NCBI GenBank assembly: GCA_019057385.1
Contig: JAHQJS010000004.1
Location: 662,508-726,507 of the forward strand
Length of the DNA stretch: 64,000 bases
Direction of reading: 5' to 3'
Source: Candidatus Borrarchaeum weybense
Lineage (GTDB): Archaea > Asgardarchaeota > Sifarchaeia > Borrarchaeales > Borrarchaeaceae
Shown: positions 1 through 10,664 of the stretch, piece by piece
How the letters are laid out: each line of letters starts with the position of its first letter
Position numbering within the stretch: the stretch's first letter is position 1
Notes under the pieces: generated by a model
Databases searched by the model: none
The model's input: the letters and a program-made list of their open reading frames with translations, nothing else
Told to the model about the DNA's origin: nothing
Translations under genes and position numbers: made by a program

Positions 1-143
1 CAAATGTAGTTCACCGAAGTTAGTCTTTTTTTGAGTTGTAGAGTTAGGTAAATTAGGTAAATTTTTAAAGTACTTGGCAATAAATCAGTTAGAATCGTAC
101 ACCAAAGAGAACTATTTATAGGGATCTGGGGGTAGTTTATCAC

Positions 144-797
144 TTGACATACAATCCAAACGCAGATTATTCTACTAGCGAAAGAAAAGCATTAGATATA
201 ATAAATGATCAAATGAGAGAAGTAGTTCTAGCAGTAAAAGAACTACGCGGACTTATAGAAGCTTGGGCAGTGGGTAATACATCAGAAATGGATGAAACTT
301 ACAAGAACTTAAATCAACTAGAGACGTCTGCTGACGAAATTAGGATTTCGTTACTTAGTGAAGTTTCCAGAGCAGGACCAGGCCTTTTATTGAAGGAAGA
401 CATACTTCGTTTTTTAGTCATAGATAAAATAGTGGATACCGCAGTTGGTGGGGCATTCTATATATCCACCTTAAAGGATTGGCAGATTCCATCAGAGCTT
501 TCAGAAAAAATCCTAGATTTAGTAGATATTTGCATTGCAGCGGTAACACATTTGAAATCCGCCATTTATAATGTCATTTCGAACCCAGAAAACGCACTAA
601 ACTTCGCCAGAGAAATTGATATCCTAGAGAAACAAATTGATAAACTCTATAGACCCTTAATAGTTCAGATTACTGAACTAAATGATGATTTATGTATAAT
701 TATGGCTCTAAGAGAGCTCGTTCTTAGAATTGATGAAATCGCAGATATTGGATTAGAAATAGCGGATGCTGTAAGAATGCTAGCCCTCACACGTTAA
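144..797 (+). CDS. DUF47/PhoU-like phosphate transport regulator family protein
   Basis: Two helical repeats with LETSADEIR...IDKIVD and LEKQIDKLYR...IDEIAD motifs typical of DUF47. Confidence 0.75.
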   Translation: MTYNPNADYSTSERKALDIINDQMREVVLAVKELRGLIEAWAVGNTSEMDETYKNLNQLETSADEIRISLLSEVSRAGPGLLLKEDILRFLVIDKIVDTAVGGAFYISTLKDWQIPSELSEKILDLVDICIAAVTHLKSAIYNVISNPENALNFAREIDILEKQIDKLYRPLIVQITELNDDLCIIMALRELVLRIDEIADIGLEIADAVRMLALTR

Positions 798-921
798 AAA
801 ATGAGTGTATCTTTGCAGAATTATAAAGAATTTCGCTTTATGTCTAGCATTTCTTGTATTTTGTTAAGCGAACTATTTTAAACTAGATAAGAACAAAATC
901 ACATTTTTAGAGGCGTTTAAA

Positions 922-1548
922 ATGAATGAATCCGAGAATCAAATTGACATTCAAAAAGAAGAAGAAGGAGAAGAAGAAGAAGAAGAAGTTATAACAGAAG
1001 AGGATCTTGAAGCTGAATTACTTGAAGATAGAATAATTGTTTGGAATCCAAAAGTTGGTTCTTGGTTGTACAAGCATGGATATTATGGAAAGCCGGTTGG
1101 AATACGAAAGCCGAAGCATTTCAATTTTACACGACCTCTTGAGTTGTCCTTGCTCGAATCTACTTATCTTTTGTCAATAAATAAATTAAGAATCAAGAGG
1201 GCAATTTCCAACAAACCAATATCATATGAAGAGTTAAAAAGAATTGGTGAACTGCATTACGATCGATTTACTGAGAAATTTCTAGTTTATACTGATCTCA
1301 GGAAGAAAGGTTATGTTGTGCGACCCGGGCTTAAATTCGGTGCAGATTTTGCAATTTACGAACATGGCCCAGGCATTGACCATTCTCCACTTATTGTCCA
1401 TGTTTTGTCAAGAGGTGTTGAACTTTCTCCCATTGAACTTGTTCGAGCAGGTCGTCTTGCCACAACAGTTAGGAAAAAATTTACCATTGCAACAGTCCCG
1501 CCCGACGGTACGCCTAGATACTTTATGTTTTCATGGTTCAAGCCTTGA
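922..1548 (+). CDS. endA: tRNA-intron (splicing) endonuclease, catalytic subunit
   Basis: LSLLESTYL, VYTDLRKKGYVVRPGLKFGADFAIY, GPGIDHS and RKK carry the catalytic Tyr/His/Lys. Confidence 0.93.
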   Translation: MNESENQIDIQKEEEGEEEEEEVITEEDLEAELLEDRIIVWNPKVGSWLYKHGYYGKPVGIRKPKHFNFTRPLELSLLESTYLLSINKLRIKRAISNKPISYEELKRIGELHYDRFTEKFLVYTDLRKKGYVVRPGLKFGADFAIYEHGPGIDHSPLIVHVLSRGVELSPIELVRAGRLATTVRKKFTIATVPPDGTPRYFMFSWFKP

Positions 1549-1850
1549 TGTCAATGTTAATTGTTTTTGAGAAATGATCTAATCGTGAGTGCAATATTTT
1601 ATTTACATGCGGTGAAAAATACCATAAGTGTATTAATTTGCAAATCATATTGGTTCCTGACTGATCCACACACATATAAGATATGTTTACTGTGGTGAAA
1701 AACATCACAAAAGAAATATAATTTGGTAATGATAATTTCTCTTTAGCAAATTCCATTAATTAATAAACGAGTTTATTAGGTTTATATTGCCACTTGGAAT
1801 TGCATATGAAACTAATGCGTGTTTAATTATATTCGGCGAGGTTTGAAAAA

Positions 1851-2312
1851 ATGGGTGAATACATAGACGATTTATTTAGTGAGATTCAGACTAGCCCCTC
1901 AAAGATGGAAGAGGTGGTTCAGGCAATTAATACCATTCTTGAGAATTTCATTAACGTTGTGTTCAAGGCTGTTGAGAGTCTTAGTAATGAAGTTGCAGGA
2001 ATTAAATCAGAATTTAGACAATCGCTCAATAATCTGAACACTAAAATGCAATCAATAGAAGGCAGGATGTCGTTAATGAGAACAGCAGGTCCAGCAGCAC
2101 CAATGGGACCAACATCAACTGGTTTACCACCACCTACGACACCAGGTCCTTCAGAGCCTTTTCTCACTCCCCCTCCTACGGCAGCAGGTCCTGGAGGACC
2201 TGGAGGACCAGAATCCCCACCACCGGTAACTGGAGCTACACTACGCATGCAACTCAACTCAGAGTTAAAAAAAGCCTTTTCAAGAATAAAAGGCGGCGGC
2301 GCAGAGGAATAG
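1851..2312 (+). CDS. Hypothetical protein: N-terminal coiled coil, Pro-rich linker, C-terminal WH2-like helix
   Basis: GAGG upstream of ATG; heptad N-terminus, LPPPTTP/LTPPPT/SPPPV tracts, ending LRMQLNSELKKAFSRIK. Confidence 0.7.
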   Translation: MGEYIDDLFSEIQTSPSKMEEVVQAINTILENFINVVFKAVESLSNEVAGIKSEFRQSLNNLNTKMQSIEGRMSLMRTAGPAAPMGPTSTGLPPPTTPGPSEPFLTPPPTAAGPGGPGGPESPPPVTGATLRMQLNSELKKAFSRIKGGGAEE

Positions 2313-2327
2313 AATTCCTTTATGAGA

Positions 2328-2957
2328 TCAATTTTCTTTTTTCAATTTCTTAAGTGCAATTTCTACATATGTTGTATCGATACGATCTTTTTCCGAAAAT
2401 CCAAGCCGTTTTGCATAATTCATCAGATCCTTTTCGAGTTCAATAACACTAATATCTTCAGGTAGTTCACTTTCTAAACTAACCTGTAAGAATGATCCCA
2501 TAGGGATTTCTTTGTCTTCATGTAATAATGTTACTTTCTCATCGAACTCAATTTCAATTTCACTTTCAGCAATTCTATATCGTGTTCGCACTTTACGAAA
2601 TGCTACCAGAACTTCATATCCTAATTTTTCTAAAATGGTACGTAAATCTTCTGCTTGATCTACAGGAATATCTATCGAATGATCCTCGCGTAAGTCAGTT
2701 TCTCTAGTTGGTCTAGATCCTTTCCAAGTCCATTGGCAGTAACTTAATTCCTGTAATGGTGTATATTCTAATCTAATTCTTAGCCGTTCATCGTTTGTGT
2801 ACAGTTTTCTTTGTCCGACAACATCGTAGTAATAATCAAATTGTATTACATCTTTTGTTTGCTCAAAACCAAATTTATGAAGTTGTCCCTTTATTTCCTT
2901 AATTTTTCCGTTAGCAGCAAGCTTAATCTCGAATTCTTTGAAAGTCATTTTAATCAC
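2328..2957 (-). CDS. CYTH-domain protein (class IV adenylate cyclase/triphosphate tunnel family)
   Basis: N-terminal EFEIK (ExExK), QFDYYY, RLRIR, KVRTRY. Confidence 0.85.
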   Translation of the reverse strand: MIKMTFKEFEIKLAANGKIKEIKGQLHKFGFEQTKDVIQFDYYYDVVGQRKLYTNDERLRIRLEYTPLQELSYCQWTWKGSRPTRETDLREDHSIDIPVDQAEDLRTILEKLGYEVLVAFRKVRTRYRIAESEIEIEFDEKVTLLHEDKEIPMGSFLQVSLESELPEDISVIELEKDLMNYAKRLGFSEKDRIDTTYVEIALKKLKKEN

Positions 2958-3127
2958 TTTGTCAAATAATATTGCAGTTTTTCAACTGATTTTTCTAGTA
3001 TCAAGGTTCTGAAATCAGGATTTCTTTTTTAATGGAGAACGATGACGATATATCTAATAAATATGTATTAAGCACAAGTCTGTATTTGTTTTAAGATGCT
3101 AACCAAAGGATTATTTGGAGGTTTTAT

Positions 3128-4033
3128 ATGTCTAAAAGAAAGGTTCATCGAGTTTCCATAAATGATGTAGTATTTGCTACGGATAAAAATAATCCACCTG
3201 TGCTACATATTTCATCGGGAGACACAGTCATCTTTGAGTGCAAGGACGCATTTAATCAAGGAATACAAAGTTCCACCGATTTACCGACAGATTTGGACTT
3301 CGAAAGGGTAAATCCTGCAACGGGTCCCGTTTATATTGAAGGAGCAGAACCTGGTGACACGTTAGAGGTGCATATAGAGAAAATCGAGATGGCGGCTCAA
3401 GGAGCCTGTTGCATAGTTCCTGGCTTTGGTTTTCTTGCTCCAGAATTTCCTGATGCATGGACAAAGATAATTCCTATTAAAAACGGTTATGCTGAGTTTG
3501 GCAAAGGAATACGAATCCCGATTGATCCCTTTCCAGGAACCTTAGTAGTAGCCCCTCCTGGTGAAGGCGAAGGTACGTTGGTTCCTAAAGATCATGGAGG
3601 AAACATGGATACGAAAGCGATTAAAGAAGGAACTGTGCTTTACTTACCTGTTTTCGTTCCTGGGGCGCTATTCGGAGTTGGGGATGTACATGCCGTACAA
3701 GGAGACGGTGAGATATGTGGTACTGCAGTGGAGGTCGATGCCGAAGTCACGATTAGACTTCTAGTGAACAAACAAAAGAAGATCACACGACCACAAATTG
3801 AGACACCTGACTTCTTTATGACTACTGCTTATGCTGAAACGACAGATGAAGCAGTGAAGATAGCTCTGCGTGATATGATAGACTGGCTTGAAGCAGAAAA
3901 AGGACTTACACGGCAGGAGGCTTATGCACTCTGTAGCTGTGCCGTTGATATGCGGATATCGCAATTGGTAGATATAACCCCTGGAGTTCGTGTAGTTCTT
4001 CCAAAAGTCATATTCATCGAATCAGAATCTTAG
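3128..4033 (+). CDS. Acetamidase/formamidase family protein
   Basis: NPATGPVYIEGAEPGD, HGGNMD, GDVHAVQGDGEICGTAVE. Confidence 0.92.
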   Translation: MSKRKVHRVSINDVVFATDKNNPPVLHISSGDTVIFECKDAFNQGIQSSTDLPTDLDFERVNPATGPVYIEGAEPGDTLEVHIEKIEMAAQGACCIVPGFGFLAPEFPDAWTKIIPIKNGYAEFGKGIRIPIDPFPGTLVVAPPGEGEGTLVPKDHGGNMDTKAIKEGTVLYLPVFVPGALFGVGDVHAVQGDGEICGTAVEVDAEVTIRLLVNKQKKITRPQIETPDFFMTTAYAETTDEAVKIALRDMIDWLEAEKGLTRQEAYALCSCAVDMRISQLVDITPGVRVVLPKVIFIESES

Positions 4034-4135
4034 TCGAAAATCCTCGGAGTTAATGAAAAACGACTACAAGAGTAAAGTGCTAGAAATACTAGATTCATTA
4101 TGTAAGAAGACCATTTTCATGAGAGGAGATTTTGC

Positions 4136-5161
4136 ATGGTGAATGTACAAAACCTACGTACATTGAGCCGAGTCGCATTAATTTTGCTGATGGCTGTACA
4201 TGTGGCTACATGGTATCTTTGGGGTATCCATGCTGTGGGTAGCATCGGAATCGAGGCGCTCTTTTCCGGTCTCTCTCGGGGAGTATTCAATGCAGGGTTT
4301 GTTTTCTGGATATTGGTTCTCGTCTCAGCGGTAATCCTTGGGAGGACCTTTTGCGGATGGTTCTGCTGGTTTGGTGGCTATCTGGAATTGGTCGAGTGGG
4401 GGATAGGCAGTCTAAAGATTAAAATTCCGCGCCGGATGCTACTGTATCTAGGAGTTATACCATTTGTTAGCTTGGCGCTGAAAGTGTACAACTCATTGAT
4501 AGTAAACTGGATTCAGGGGTTCCCAACTACGTTCACATTCCAGCTAGCTGATGTTGAGCCTTGGGGTGGACAGCAGACCGGTATTTCTATCCTGATAACA
4601 TTGATCATGTTTGGACCGGTACTCTTCTTTGCTTTTGGTCGAAGGGCTTGGTGCCGCTACCTGTGCCCTATTGGCGCCCTGCTTAAGATTTTCGGCATCG
4701 TGGGCTTGTGTAAGGTACGGTTGGTAAACGATAATTGCAATGGTTGCGGAACCTGCAACCGCACTTGTGATATGCAGGTAGATGTTTTAGGCGAACTCAA
4801 AACTCACGGTGAGGTGCTCAGTTCAAACTGCATCCGCTGTCTCAAATGCACCAACGAATGCCCCACAGGAGCGATTGGCTTTAATTTTAACCGAAAAGAA
4901 ACATCCCTTTCGGATGACGCTTCATCCAAGGCCGAACGGATTTCTCTCAAGAGGAGGCGACTTTCTGCCTTTGATATAGCGATTACCTCGCTGTGGGCTA
5001 GCATAATGATGATCTTTTTCTTCCTTGGTTTTCAAAGCAGCTCACAGGAGATAAAGGTGCTCATGACACCAGGGCTGCTGTTAGTGACCTTTGGCTTAGT
5101 ATGGATAGTTCAAAAGGCTTGGAGTAGAAATAAGATAAGCGAGCCTACGCATTTCCAATAG
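4136..5161 (+). CDS. Membrane 4Fe-4S binding protein (NapH/MauN/FixG-like)
   Basis: TM helices, GRTFCGWFC, WCRYLCPIG, two CxxCxxCxxxC motifs. Confidence 0.85.
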   Translation: MVNVQNLRTLSRVALILLMAVHVATWYLWGIHAVGSIGIEALFSGLSRGVFNAGFVFWILVLVSAVILGRTFCGWFCWFGGYLELVEWGIGSLKIKIPRRMLLYLGVIPFVSLALKVYNSLIVNWIQGFPTTFTFQLADVEPWGGQQTGISILITLIMFGPVLFFAFGRRAWCRYLCPIGALLKIFGIVGLCKVRLVNDNCNGCGTCNRTCDMQVDVLGELKTHGEVLSSNCIRCLKCTNECPTGAIGFNFNRKETSLSDDASSKAERISLKRRRLSAFDIAITSLWASIMMIFFFLGFQSSSQEIKVLMTPGLLLVTFGLVWIVQKAWSRNKISEPTHFQ

Positions 5162-5183
5162 TCAGAATGCTGAAGCCTTCCCT

Positions 5184-5840
5184 TTAGAGTGGGGTAATTG
5201 CAATAACCCGTGCTGGTGCTGCATCTCTTCCCTTTATTTTTAATGGAAGTGCTATTAGGAGAACCCTCTCTCCTGTAATTTTTTCGAGGTTTGAGGAGAG
5301 AGTTTCAATAAGCGGTATGTTATTACTTAGCAGTGTTTTATGTGTCTCGGGTGCATCTGCTTTGTATTTTTCTACACTTAGACAATCAATCCCTACAATT
5401 GAGACCTTTTTTTCGACTAACCATTGTGCAGCACGAGGATCAATATAAGTGAAATTTCTTAAAATTTTTTCGTTTCCCCAGTGTTTGCTAGTTCCAGTAT
5501 AGAGTAAAACTCCATTTCCTTCACTAATCTTGTCTGAGAATTTTTCAAGGTCATCAACTGTAATCGCAGAACCCATTTCTTTGTAGGAAAGATCTAGGAC
5601 TATTGCTTCTGTCACTAACTTCCTGAAGTCAAGCGCATCAATGGGTTCCCCTCCTTTGATAAAATGAAGTGGTGCATCCATATGTGTGCCTGTATGGGTT
5701 CCTAGCTGCATCTGAGTGACAAGAACGCCATGTTCCTCTAAAGTTCGAATTGCTTTAAAGTCAGGAGTAGGATCACCAGGATAAATTGGCATACCATTTT
5801 CAAGAGATACTGAAAGATCAATTATTTCTTTGATTTTCAT
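5184..5840 (-). CDS. Cyclase family metal-dependent hydrolase (kynurenine formamidase-like)
   Basis: HTGTHMDAPLH motif and IIDLSVSL N-terminus; start moved to ATG at 5840. Confidence 0.9.
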   Translation of the reverse strand: MKIKEIIDLSVSLENGMPIYPGDPTPDFKAIRTLEEHGVLVTQMQLGTHTGTHMDAPLHFIKGGEPIDALDFRKLVTEAIVLDLSYKEMGSAITVDDLEKFSDKISEGNGVLLYTGTSKHWGNEKILRNFTYIDPRAAQWLVEKKVSIVGIDCLSVEKYKADAPETHKTLLSNNIPLIETLSSNLEKITGERVLLIALPLKIKGRDAAPARVIAITPL

Positions 5841-5898
5841 GTGTAGTCTACCCCTAAGCACCCCAGAGCGGGGCGGGCTGTAAATGTTGATGTAACTT

Positions 5899-6777
5899 TC
5901 ACTCAAGCTGTAAATTTTTGATGAATTCAGAAATCTTTTGTCGTTGTTCTTCAGATAATGGGCTTAGAGGGGGTCTCGGATCTCCCATATCTATACCTAA
6001 CGCTTCCGTGACTAATTGCTTTAAGCCTGCAGGAAACACGCCAATGAAAACGTATCCAATGATTGCAGATAAAGCTACTTGAATTTCGTTAGCTATTTCA
6101 TATTTGCCTGCTCTAGCTAAAACATAAAGTTCAACAACCTTTTTTGGTATGACCATTGAGGTTCCCAAAACACCTCCAACTGCACCATGCATCATTGATG
6201 CTAAAAATATCGTATCAATACCCGGAAAAACAACAAAGTCGCGTGGTGTTTCTCTTATGTATATAATTACCTGATTTAAAACCCCAGATGAATCTTTAAT
6301 TCCAGCAAGTGTCCCCTCTTCCGCCAGTTTTGAAACTATATGGACTGGCATCGTGCTTCCAGTTGCAGACGGAATATTATAAGCTAATATTGGAATATCC
6401 GCCTTAGCAAGTTCTCGATAGTGCCACAATAATCCTTCTTCTGAAGGTTTGAGATACCAAGGGTTTGTTACCATAACACCATCTGCACCAATGTCTTTTG
6501 CGTGTTTAGTAAGCATCAATGTTTCGTTCGTGCTTGGTGCTGCTGTTCCAACAATTAGCTTAGTTCTTCCATTTATATGATCTGCGACGCCTTCTGCGAT
6601 TTTCATTCTTTCATCAGTTGTAAACATAGGAAATTCACCAGCTGTCCCCATCGGAACAACACCATGAAGTCCGCCTTCTATTAACTTGTCTAATAATGCA
6701 CGGAATGCTTCCCAGTTAACTTCATAGTTGGGTAACAATGGTGTAACTAGCGGTGCGAATACGCCCTCAAAGCTCAA
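5899..6777 (-). CDS. Dihydrodipicolinate synthase/KDG aldolase family class I aldolase
   Basis: GTAGEF, AYNIPSATG, GIKDSSG (Schiff-base Lys). Confidence 0.9.
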   Translation of the reverse strand: MSFEGVFAPLVTPLLPNYEVNWEAFRALLDKLIEGGLHGVVPMGTAGEFPMFTTDERMKIAEGVADHINGRTKLIVGTAAPSTNETLMLTKHAKDIGADGVMVTNPWYLKPSEEGLLWHYRELAKADIPILAYNIPSATGSTMPVHIVSKLAEEGTLAGIKDSSGVLNQVIIYIRETPRDFVVFPGIDTIFLASMMHGAVGGVLGTSMVIPKKVVELYVLARAGKYEIANEIQVALSAIIGYVFIGVFPAGLKQLVTEALGIDMGDPRPPLSPLSEEQRQKISEFIKNLQLE

Positions 6778-7010
6778 ATTTTATTTCCTCCTTTTGAAAA
6801 ACTCAATGGCTACAGTAAACATATCAATAATTTGTCTTGTTTATAGTACATATAGGGTAATGCGTTCATTCATCTGCAAACATTTCATGAATTTCTGATT
6901 TTAACTATAATTTCCTATTATTAAAAAGTTGAGAATCATTGATTCATTATCGATGTTTTACTTCAGTATTCATCAGTCTACAGTTGTATACAGCTCGTCT
7001 CAGAAGAGTT

Positions 7011-8744
7011 TTACAGCATCATACGCCCGCCTTTACTGGCTGAAGTTGCATGCTGTGTATAGAAAGCTAACATTCCCGTCATAAACTTTCTTGGTGGCGG
7101 TTTCCAAAACTGTTTTCTCTCAACTAATACTTTAGTGATTTCTTCTGATTTAAGAGTTTGATCTTTTACGCCTACCAACTCTAAACGTCTTTTAGGTATG
7201 TCGATTTCTATCAAGTCGCTATTTTCTAACAATGCGATTGTTCCTCCCTCTACAGCTTCGGGAGACACATGACCAACGACAGGTCCTCTTGAGGCTCCAC
7301 TAAAACGTCCGTCTGTAAGCAAAGCAACAGAGATGTTTAGTTTCGGATCAGAAGCGATAGCTTCTGTTGCATAAAATTGCTCTGGCATACCACTTCCCTT
7401 TGGCCCTTCATACCTGATGATTACTGCATCGCCACTTTCGATCTTTTCATCAAAAATTGCTTTTACAGCATCATCTTGTGAATCGAAAACCTTTGCTCTT
7501 CCAGTGAATTTATGCATAGAAGGATCAACTGCGGTAATTTTGACTACAGCACCATCTGGGGCAATATTCCCCTTTAATATCGCAATTGATCCAGTTTCTG
7601 AGAAAGGATTTGATTTAGTTCGAATTACTTCATCTCTTGAAACTTTGTAGTTCTCTAAATATGTCGCTATCTTCTCAAAGTAATTCTCTTTTTCGAGATT
7701 CTTTATGTTTTCTTCAACTGTTGAACCAGTAACAGTTAGTACATTAAGGTGAAGTTTATCGATTAATTGTTTCATGACGTATTGGGTGCCACCCGCGTAC
7801 CAAAAGAAACTACTTGGGTATCTTCCTGATGGTCGAATATTTGTTAGATATGGTATTCTTCTATTGATGAAATCAAAGTCATCATGAGTTATCTCGATAC
7901 CCCTTTCAGCAGCTAGCGCAATAATATGCAATAATGCATTAGTGGATCCAGCTATAGCAGCATGTACCATTATCGCATTTTCAAATGCTTCTTTAGTAAG
8001 TATTTTTCCTGCAGAAAGTCCTTGTTCAATCAGATACAAAACTTGTTTTCCAGCTTTACGTGCGAGCCTAGTTATCTCGAAACCGGTTGAAAGTGCCAAT
8101 GCACTTGTTGGGAGTGCCATCCCTAGTGCTTCACTCATTATCTGCATTGTACAGGCAGTTCCCATAAAGGCACATGCCCCAGGTGTAGGGCACCCGAATT
8201 TAGCCAAGAATTGATATTCTTCTGTACTTAACTTACCTCTTCGCCGCTGAGAGTCATATGTTGCTACCTGTTCCAATGTCATCCCGTGAGGGCCCCAATC
8301 TGCGGTACCACCAGGAACAAGAATGGTCGGTAAATCAAGTCGCGCTGCTGCCATCAAATGACCAGGGATTGATTTATCACAACTACTGATTAATGTCATT
8401 CCATCAAAATGCCCAGTCTTCGCATGCATCTCAACTGCAAATGAAATCAACTCGCGGCTGGGTAGACTGTAGCTCATGCCAGGAGTACCCTGTGAAATTC
8501 CATCGCAGGTATCCGTTATATAATACTTTGCAGGAGTGCCTCCAGCTGATACTATTCCATTGATTACTTCATCTCCGAGAAGTCCGAGCCGGACGCTTCC
8601 TGGATGACTTTGACCTTCAACGGAATCCACAAGAATCCACGGTTTTTTCAAATCATCTTCTGTCCATCCACAACCTAGACGAAGGCTGTCAATTTCTGAA
8701 GCCTTTCTGCGCATTTTTTGACTAGTTAAATTAGAAGTATTCAT
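7011..8744 (-). CDS. IlvD/Edd family dehydratase (dihydroxy-acid or sugar-acid dehydratase)
   Basis: CDGISQG, SCDKSIPG, GACAFMGTACTM, TDGRFSGASRG, GHVSPEA. Confidence 0.92.
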   Translation of the reverse strand: MNTSNLTSQKMRRKASEIDSLRLGCGWTEDDLKKPWILVDSVEGQSHPGSVRLGLLGDEVINGIVSAGGTPAKYYITDTCDGISQGTPGMSYSLPSRELISFAVEMHAKTGHFDGMTLISSCDKSIPGHLMAAARLDLPTILVPGGTADWGPHGMTLEQVATYDSQRRRGKLSTEEYQFLAKFGCPTPGACAFMGTACTMQIMSEALGMALPTSALALSTGFEITRLARKAGKQVLYLIEQGLSAGKILTKEAFENAIMVHAAIAGSTNALLHIIALAAERGIEITHDDFDFINRRIPYLTNIRPSGRYPSSFFWYAGGTQYVMKQLIDKLHLNVLTVTGSTVEENIKNLEKENYFEKIATYLENYKVSRDEVIRTKSNPFSETGSIAILKGNIAPDGAVVKITAVDPSMHKFTGRAKVFDSQDDAVKAIFDEKIESGDAVIIRYEGPKGSGMPEQFYATEAIASDPKLNISVALLTDGRFSGASRGPVVGHVSPEAVEGGTIALLENSDLIEIDIPKRRLELVGVKDQTLKSEEITKVLVERKQFWKPPPRKFMTGMLAFYTQHATSASKGGRMML

Positions 8745-8967
8745 AAGATCACTTTACGTTATTGACTAGTATGAGAATTCTTAATAGTATGGTTTTCTTT
8801 ACATTAATTAACATTGTCCATTCTCCGTTGGTTTTGAAGAAAACAATTCCTTATTCACTTTTATGGCAAAGTTGGATGGATATTTTTAAACTGAAGGTGA
8901 GAATAAGCTAAGATGCAATCAATTAACCAATTGATACTCACTGCTAAAACCACGACATAACACATTT

Positions 8968-9849
8968 TTGGTGAACTTAATGATTATGGTATTGAAGGGG
9001 CACACTGAGACTGTTTACGACATTGCTATCAAAAATGATGGTCTTATTGCATCAGCGTCTGGTGACAAGACGGTTAGACTCTGGGATTTAAAATCAGGTA
9101 AACAATTAAAGGTACTTAAAGGCGCACATTCAAAACCAGTGTATGGAGTGGCGTTTCACCCCTTTGATGATAATCTACTTGCAACGTGTTCGATGGATAA
9201 CGAGATCGCATTATGGGATATAGCTACAGAAACAAAATTAAAAACATTGAAGGGGCATACGAAATCGATTCGATCGATTAGTTTTTCTCTTGATGGAAAT
9301 GTATTGATATCAGGATCAAATGATAAAACTATAGGATTATGGGATATATATTCTGGCAATCTTCTAAGAACACTAAAAGGGCATCTCGATCAAGTGTGGA
9401 GTGTTGCGATTGGCTATGATATTACCCTTGCCTCCGCTTCTAAAGATAAAACAGCACGTTTGTGGAATCTAGAAACAGGAGAACTTCTGCAGGTTTTTTC
9501 ACATGCCAATTACGTTTCAGATGTAGCGTTCTCGCCACAAATTGACCTTTTAGCATCCGCATGTTTCGATAATAACATCTATTTCTGGCAAAGTGGCTCA
9601 AAATCTCCTGTCAGGCTTATAAAAGCCCATGAACAACCTGTGTTAGGCATAGCTTTTAGCCATAATGGTAAATTTGTTGCATCGAGTTCTGCAGATAATT
9701 CCATAGGTCTATGGGATGTTCGTACTGGTGAATCTATTTTACGATTAACTGGGCATTCCGAGCCAGTTAGAAAGATTTTATTCAATTTAGATGATTCATT
9801 TTTGATTTCTTGTTCAGAAGACAAAACAATTGGTATCTTTGAAATTTAG
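8968..9849 (+). CDS. WD40 repeat protein (about 7 blades)
   Basis: Repeated GH...S.S.D.T..LWD units. Confidence 0.95.
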   Translation: MVNLMIMVLKGHTETVYDIAIKNDGLIASASGDKTVRLWDLKSGKQLKVLKGAHSKPVYGVAFHPFDDNLLATCSMDNEIALWDIATETKLKTLKGHTKSIRSISFSLDGNVLISGSNDKTIGLWDIYSGNLLRTLKGHLDQVWSVAIGYDITLASASKDKTARLWNLETGELLQVFSHANYVSDVAFSPQIDLLASACFDNNIYFWQSGSKSPVRLIKAHEQPVLGIAFSHNGKFVASSSADNSIGLWDVRTGESILRLTGHSEPVRKILFNLDDSFLISCSEDKTIGIFEI

Positions 9850-9895
9850 ACTTTTCTTCTTTGAAAATGGAGGCAGAGTATAATTTTTTTGAATT

Positions 9896-9934
9896 CCCAT
9901 AGAAAGAGGCAGGGTATTTACCCGCTTTTCTATG
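9896..9934. terminator. Stem-loop between convergent genes
   Basis: CCATAGAAAG...GGGTA-TT-TACCC...TTTTCTATGG imperfect inverted repeat. Confidence 0.45.
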
Positions 9935-9980
9935 GTTCAATAGGAAACTTAGAGGAAATAAAAAATGCCTGATTAGGATA

Positions 9981-10157
9981 TTAGAACTTATGTAATACTG
10001 GAACTGGCCCTGTGATTATAATCTTTGAACGACTGATAGTCTTATCACATTCTTCACAGAAGTATTCCTCATATATTTCTCGTCCATTGTCACCATGTAG
10101 TATTATGAAACGAGATGCACACTCTACCCCGCATTTAGGACACATTGTTCCATTCAA
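9981..10157 (-). CDS. Small zinc-ribbon protein (58 aa), absent from ORF track
   Basis: GAGGTGGT RBS before TTG; MNGTMCPKCGVEC...YFCEECDKT has two CxxC pairs. Confidence 0.7.
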   Translation of the reverse strand: MNGTMCPKCGVECASRFIILHGDNGREIYEEYFCEECDKTISRSKIIITGPVPVLHKF

Positions 10158-10664
10158 TAGTTACCACCTCTTCAATAGTTAACATAGACTTTGTAGATTG
10201 TTATATCGAGTTACCGTAATTTACGATATCCTTTTTTTTGGCTATTTGGGCAAAAAATCGATTCAATAGGAGATTTTTTCTTTTATTCCATAGGAAAATG
10301 GGTTTAATTAAGGGTTCATTTTAAAAAATGACCCCCGTCTGGAGGAAAATTCGCCTCTTGACGAAAACCCCTTCTAATTCCAACATTCAATTTTTTGACA
10401 TTTCTTGTTTACTACTTTCATTTATCACCTCTTTATTGAATGTTCAATATTTTTCACAAATATTGTTCATTTGTCTTATTAATTACCTCTAGATCGTTCA
10501 TTTAATAGATCAAATTGAATACCAACATTAAATCGTTCATTTATAAATCTTTCGCTATAGAAGATGATCGAATTATATCAAAAAAGATATTTTTTTACAT
10601 TTCTATTTCAAAAAGAGTTGTATATTTCACTTACGTGTTACAAATAGGCTAAAAAGTTCTAGTA

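Noticed and set aside
5845-5882. GC-rich patch resembling an IS200/IS605 end hairpin
   Set aside because: It is too short, lacks the GTCAA start and has no partner end, so it cannot be supported.
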